This document shows, piece by piece, positions 56,100-60,710 of a stretch of DNA of 60,710 bases. Under the pieces are notes generated by a model. It ran no database searches and was not told the origin of the DNA. It worked only from the letters and a program-made list of their open reading frames with translations. Both the position numbers and the translations under genes were made by a program. Each line of letters opens with the position of its first letter. Within the stretch, counting starts at the first letter, position 1. The DNA comes from Nitrospira sp. (GTDB lineage: Bacteria > Pseudomonadota > Gammaproteobacteria > Acidiferrobacterales > SPGG2). Location: the NCBI GenBank assembly GCA_019456345.1, contig VRUB01000001.1, positions 1 through 60,710 on the forward strand, given 5' to 3'.

Positions 56100-58697
56100 A
56101 TGATGAAGAGTACCGAGATACGCAGTCGTTTCCTGGATTACTTCCGCCGGCAGGGACACCAGATCGTGCCCTCGAGCTCGTTGGTGCCCGCCAACGATCC
56201 CACGCTGCTGTTCACCAATTCGGGCATGGTGCAGTTCAAGGATGTGTTTCTGGGCCGTGAGAAGCGCTCCGACAAGCGCGCGGTCACCGCGCAACGTTGC
56301 TTGCGCGTAGGTGGAAAGCATAATGATCTCGAAAACGTCGGCTACACTGCGCGCCACCACACTTTCTTCGAGATGCTGGGCAATTTCAGCTTTGGCGACT
56401 ACTTCAAGCAGGATGCGATACCGTTTGCCTGGGAGTTTCTCACCAAGGACATGGGGCTGGCGCCCGACAAGCTCTGGGTCACGGTGTACGAGGACGACGA
56501 CGAGGCCGCCGACATCTGGCTCAAGGAGATTGGGGTTCCCCAGGAACGGTTTGCACGCATGGGTGCGGAAAGCAACTTCTGGGCCATGGGCGATACTGGT
56601 CCCTGTGGGCCGTGCTCGGAGATCTTCTACGACCACGGTCCGGATGTGGCCGGGGGGCCGCCCGGGACGCCCGAGGAAGACGGCGATCGCTACGTCGAGA
56701 TCTGGAACTTGGTGTTCATGGAATTCAATCGGGACGAGCACGGCGAGCTGCACCCGCTCCCGCGTCCCTCGGTCGATACCGGCTTGGGCCTGGAGCGCAT
56801 GGCGGCGGTCATGCAGGGCGTGCACTCCAACTACGAGATCGACCTGTTCCAGAATCTGATAACGGCCGCCGCGCGGCTGGCGTGCGTCAAGGATACTGAT
56901 AACGCCTCGTTACGCGTGATCGCCGACCACATACGTGCCTGCGCGTTCCTGATCGCTGACGGTGTCATGCCTTCCAACGAAGGACGCGGCTACGTGTTGC
57001 GCCGGATCATCCGCCGCGCCGCGCGCCATGGCTACGAACTCGGCCTGCGAGAGCCGTTCTTCTACAAGCTCGTCGGTCCGCTGATCACGGAGATGGGTGA
57101 GGCCTACCCCGAGCTGTCGAAGGCACAGAAGCAGGTCGAGCGCGTGCTCGAGCAAGAGGAGGAGCGCTTCGGCGAGACGCTTGAACAGGGGATGAAAATC
57201 CTGGACGAAGACCTGCGCAACTTGTCTGGGAACGTGCTGCCCGGTGAGATCGCCTTCAAGCTCTACGACACTTACGGCTTCCCGGTAGATTTGACGGCAG
57301 ATTACTCTCTCAAGTTCAAGGTAACGGTGGACATGCAGGGTTATGAGCGGAGGATGGAGGCCCAGCGCGAGCGCGGTCGCACGGCATCGAGCTTCAAGAT
57401 GAGCATGAAAATGGACGGTGTGGATATCGAGGACGCGGAGTTCACGGGTTACGAGACCCTGAGCGACGAGGCTACGGTGGAACAGATCTACGTGGAGGGA
57501 GAGCCGGCGGACACTATCGGCGCGGGTCAGGAGGGTGTTATCTATCTCGATCGCACGCCGTTCTACGCCCAGGCCGGGGGTCAGGTCGGCGATCGGGGAT
57601 GGCTTCGTACCAGGAATGGCCGCTTTGTGGTGAACGACACGCAGAAAGCGCATGCGCATGTCGGCGTGATGGAGGAGGGCGAGATCAAGGTCGGCGAGCG
57701 TGTGACCGCTGAGGTGGACGCTACTCGGCGCCAGGCCACGATCTATAATCACTCGGCCACGCATCTGCTGCACGCCGCGCTGAAAAAGGTCCTCGGCCCT
57801 CATGTCACGCAGAAAGGATCGTTGGTCGAACCCGCGCGGCTGCGTTTTGATTGCTCGCATCCCGAGCCGCTGACGCCGGCACAGCTCGACGAGATCGAAC
57901 GCCTGGTCAACGATGAGATCCGTGCCAACCTCCCTGCGCAGACCCGTATCATGTCGCTCGAGCAAGCGCTGGAGTCCGGTGCCGTTGCCTTGTTCGGGGA
58001 GAAGTATGACGAGAAGGTGCGTGTCGTGGCGATGGGCGATTTTTCCACCGAGCTTTGCGGCGGCACCCACGTACGCCGCACGGGCGACATTGGTTTTTTC
58101 AAGATCGTCTCGGAAAGCGGCATCGCGGCGGGCGTGCGTCGCATCGAGGCGCTGACGGGACAGGGGGCGCTCGATTACGTGCACGACACCGAAGCGCGGC
58201 TCAAGCGCATCGCAGAGCAGCTCAAGGGTAGCCCCGAGGAAGTGGAGCGCAAGGTGGAGCAGTTGAACGCGCGCACGCGCGAGCTGGAAAAGGAGCTCGA
58301 AGCGCTGCGCCACCGGCTGGCGAGTGGCGGCGGCCATGCGCTGGAAGAGCAGGCCAAAGAGATCGATGGCATCAAGATACTGGCGGCGCGTCTCGACGGC
58401 GCCGATGCCAAGGGTCTGCGCGAGGCGGTGGATCGGCTTAAGGACAAGTTCGGCTCGGGTGCGGTGGTGTTGGGCGCGGTGCAGGATGAGAAAGTCATTC
58501 TGGTTGCCGGCGTGACCAAGGACCTGACGAAGCGGGTGCACGCAGGTAAGCTCGTGAACGCGGTCGCCAGCCGCGTGGGCGGCAAGGGCGGCGGGCGTGC
58601 GGACATGGCGCAGGCGGGGGGCAAGGATCCCTCGCAGCTGGATGCGGCGCTGGCCAGTGTTCCCCAGTGGTTGCGGCAACAGCTGGCCCAATCGTGA
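56100..58697 (+). CDS. alaS: alanine--tRNA ligase
   Basis: 865 aa with [18 protein letters not shown], an editing-domain HSATHLLH...CGGTH motif, and a C-terminal DHHA1 domain. Confidence 0.96.
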   Translation: MMKSTEIRSRFLDYFRRQGHQIVPSSSLVPANDPTLLFTNSGMVQFKDVFLGREKRSDKRAVTAQRCLRVGGKHNDLENVGYTARHHTFFEMLGNFSFGDYFKQDAIPFAWEFLTKDMGLAPDKLWVTVYEDDDEAADIWLKEIGVPQERFARMGAESNFWAMGDTGPCGPCSEIFYDHGPDVAGGPPGTPEEDGDRYVEIWNLVFMEFNRDEHGELHPLPRPSVDTGLGLERMAAVMQGVHSNYEIDLFQNLITAAARLACVKDTDNASLRVIADHIRACAFLIADGVMPSNEGRGYVLRRIIRRAARHGYELGLREPFFYKLVGPLITEMGEAYPELSKAQKQVERVLEQEEERFGETLEQGMKILDEDLRNLSGNVLPGEIAFKLYDTYGFPVDLTADYSLKFKVTVDMQGYERRMEAQRERGRTASSFKMSMKMDGVDIEDAEFTGYETLSDEATVEQIYVEGEPADTIGAGQEGVIYLDRTPFYAQAGGQVGDRGWLRTRNGRFVVNDTQKAHAHVGVMEEGEIKVGERVTAEVDATRRQATIYNHSATHLLHAALKKVLGPHVTQKGSLVEPARLRFDCSHPEPLTPAQLDEIERLVNDEIRANLPAQTRIMSLEQALESGAVALFGEKYDEKVRVVAMGDFSTELCGGTHVRRTGDIGFFKIVSESGIAAGVRRIEALTGQGALDYVHDTEARLKRIAEQLKGSPEEVERKVEQLNARTRELEKELEALRHRLASGGGHALEEQAKEIDGIKILAARLDGADAKGLREAVDRLKDKFGSGAVVLGAVQDEKVILVAGVTKDLTKRVHAGKLVNAVASRVGGKGGGRADMAQAGGKDPSQLDAALASVPQWLRQQLAQS

Positions 58698-58983
58698 CAC
58701 TGGCAAGACGCAGTATGTGAACTTTTTTGTGCTGCGTGTATAACGAGTCGGAATAAGACTGCAGCTACACAGGCCGCCTGGGCGGTGTTATGGTGTGGTC
58801 GGTCCGAGGAACAAAGAAGCGTGGTGGTGCTGAACTCCCTCCGTGGTCTGTTTGTGCTGCGTAGTGACATTGCCGACTGGCGATTTTCTTAAACGGCTCA
58901 GGATGCGACTTGGGCTCACCCGCCGGGTGTTCGCGCGCGTGGGCTGGTGTGTTCCCTTGATGACGAGTGAGTAGAGAACTTCG

Positions 58984-60216
58984 ATGGCCCTTATCGTGCA
59001 AAAGTACGGCGGTACCTCGGTCGGAAGTACCGAACGGATCAACGCGGTCGCGGACCGCGTGGCGCGTATGCGCGCGCAGGGACATGATCTGGTGGTCGTG
59101 GTCTCGGCGATGGGCGGGGAGACCGACCGTTTGTACCAGCTTGCGACGGAGATTTACGACGCTCCCCCGGCGCGCGAGCTCGATGTCCTGCTGGCCTCCG
59201 GCGAGCAGGTGTCGGTGGCGTTGCTGAGCATGGCGTTGCAGCGGCGCGGCTGCGATGCGCGCTCGTATATGGGACATCAGGTCCATATCCTGACTGACAA
59301 TGCGCACGGTAACGCACGCATCCGTGGAATCGACGATGCGCGCGTACGGGGCGATCTGGGTCGCGGCCGTGTGGTCGTGGTAGCCGGTTTCCAGGGGGTC
59401 GACGAGGAAGGAAACATTACGACGCTGGGCCGTGGCGGTTCCGACACCACGGCGGTGGCGATGGCGGCCGCGCTCAAGGCCGACGAGTGCCAGATCTATA
59501 CTGATGTCGACGGGATCTACACGGCCGACCCGCGCATCGTGTCGGAGGCCCGGCGGCTCGACCGCATCACGGTGGAGGAGATGCTCGAGTTGGCGAGCCT
59601 CGGTGCCAAGGTGTTGCAGACGCGCTCGGTACAGTTCGCCGGCAAGTACCGGGTGCCCTTACGGGTTCTGTCCTCGTTCGAGGACGGGCCCGGCACGCTT
59701 ATTAAGTATGAGGAAGAAGCAATGGAGCAGGCACTGATTTCTGGTATCACGTATACACGCGACGAGGCGAAGCTCACTATTATGGGTGTCCCGGACAAGC
59801 CCGGGGTAGCGTACAAGCTGTTTAACGACATCGCCGGCGCCAACATCGACGTCGACATGATCGTGCAGAATGTGGGCGCGGATGGGTTGACTGATATGAC
59901 GTTCACAGTCCAACGCGCGGACTATGCTAAGGCCATGAAAATATTGAAAAATGTAGCGCGCGCGGTGGAGGCCCGCGACGTTGCGGGGGATGACAAGATC
60001 GTCAAGATCTCCGTAGTGGGCGTAGGGATGCGCAGCCACGCCGGTATCGCCAGCACCGCATTCCATGCGCTGGCGGACGAGGGCATTAATATCAAGATGA
60101 TCTCGACCTCGGAGATCAAGATCTCCGTGGTCGTGGACGAGAAGTACCTGGAGCTGGGCGTGCGCGCGCTGCACAGCGCATTCGGACTGGAACACAGCGG
60201 TGGAAACGCCCAGTAA
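58984..60216 (+). CDS. lysC: aspartate kinase
   Basis: VQKYGGTSVG, VVVSAMGGETD, and two C-terminal ACT domains. Confidence 0.93.
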   Translation: MALIVQKYGGTSVGSTERINAVADRVARMRAQGHDLVVVVSAMGGETDRLYQLATEIYDAPPARELDVLLASGEQVSVALLSMALQRRGCDARSYMGHQVHILTDNAHGNARIRGIDDARVRGDLGRGRVVVVAGFQGVDEEGNITTLGRGGSDTTAVAMAAALKADECQIYTDVDGIYTADPRIVSEARRLDRITVEEMLELASLGAKVLQTRSVQFAGKYRVPLRVLSSFEDGPGTLIKYEEEAMEQALISGITYTRDEAKLTIMGVPDKPGVAYKLFNDIAGANIDVDMIVQNVGADGLTDMTFTVQRADYAKAMKILKNVARAVEARDVAGDDKIVKISVVGVGMRSHAGIASTAFHALADEGINIKMISTSEIKISVVVDEKYLELGVRALHSAFGLEHSGGNAQ

Positions 60217-60515
60217 GCCCGGGTAGCGCCGGCTGGCATGGAATCTGCATATCTCTACAACGTGATAGGGGGTGTATACTCGCGGCTCACACGAGCGGTT
60301 GTGGCAGCATGCGAATCCCCGGGTAAGGCCAGAATTGATGCTGTTTCGCCCCGACTGCAGAGCTCCACGGAAGGGCACTTGCTGCCTGTGAGCGGCAGGC
60401 GTAGACAACAGCAGCGATAAAAATAAAGGACGGTCGTTTAAGGCCGTTCGATCGTGCCGCCTTTTTGGATGTAGGTAATGGATCGCGACTTGAATGGCTA
60501 AAGGAGTACAGCACG

Positions 60516-60710
60516 ATGCTGATTCTTACGAGACGTATAGGCGAAACCCTGAACATCGGGGATGAGGTGCAGGTGACCGTGCTTGGTATCAAGGGTAACC
60601 AGGTGCGGATCGGGATTAATGCGCCGAAGGATGTTCCCGTCCACCGCGAAGAGATCTACGAGCGCATTAAGCGCGAGAAAGAGGCCGCGTCGTCGGAGTC
60701 GGAAGGGGAG
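60516..60710 (+). CDS. csrA: carbon storage regulator CsrA (3' end not reached in window)
   Basis: aaggag SD, then ATG at 60516. My own translation is [52 protein letters not shown]... It is absent from the ORF track because there is no stop before the window end. Confidence 0.9.
   Translation, partial: MLILTRRIGETLNIGDEVQVTVLGIKGNQVRIGINAPKDVPVHREEIYERIKREKEAASSESEGE

Noticed and set aside
56910-58706. 598-aa ORF antisense to alaS
   Set aside because: It fully overlaps a confidently identified gene. The translation is Arg/Leu/His/Ala-rich low-complexity sequence with no motif. This is the typical stop-free shadow frame of a high-GC3 gene.
58698-58983. Lysine riboswitch upstream of lysC
   Set aside because: I could not find L-box conserved segments. 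Only the 12-mer direct repeat is notable, and it is reported separately.

Overview
This window looks like high-GC gammaproteobacterial chromosomal core, densely coding and mostly housekeeping. I saw no transposase, integrase, CRISPR array or rRNA. All calls rest on reading the ORF translations and the DNA by eye, with no database searches.

Gene blocks, in order:
- pnp (5'-truncated), then uppP, a dihydroorotase-like gene and dksA
- tRNA-Glu, then pcnB-folK-dNK-panB, then tRNA-Leu
- queA-tgt-yajC-secD-secF
- glyA-nrdR-ribD-ribE ... ribBA-ribH-nusB-thiL-pgpA
- a TonB-dependent receptor
- an isoprenoid/hopanoid supercluster: ispG, dxs, hpnH, an HpnB-like GT2, sqs, shc, hpnG, hpnA
- recA-recX-alaS-lysC-csrA (csrA 3'-truncated)

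Parts that do not look ordinary:
1. A two-gene module between secF and glyA: a polytopic coiled-coil membrane protein plus a VWA lipoprotein.
2. An opposite-strand cassette splitting the otherwise contiguous riboflavin operon: a non-RD Ser/Thr kinase plus a secreted protein.
3. A secreted alpha/beta-hydrolase and an in-frame, core-deleted paralogue of it bracketing sqs inside the hopanoid cluster.
4. A dispersed intergenic repeat family, plus simple-sequence motifs at gene ends.
5. Several catalytic-motif substitutions: DHOase Q-x-H, CPBP QQ, and a RibBX-type degenerate GCH-II domain.

None of these is demonstrably a new system from sequence alone. Items 1 and 2 are the best candidates.
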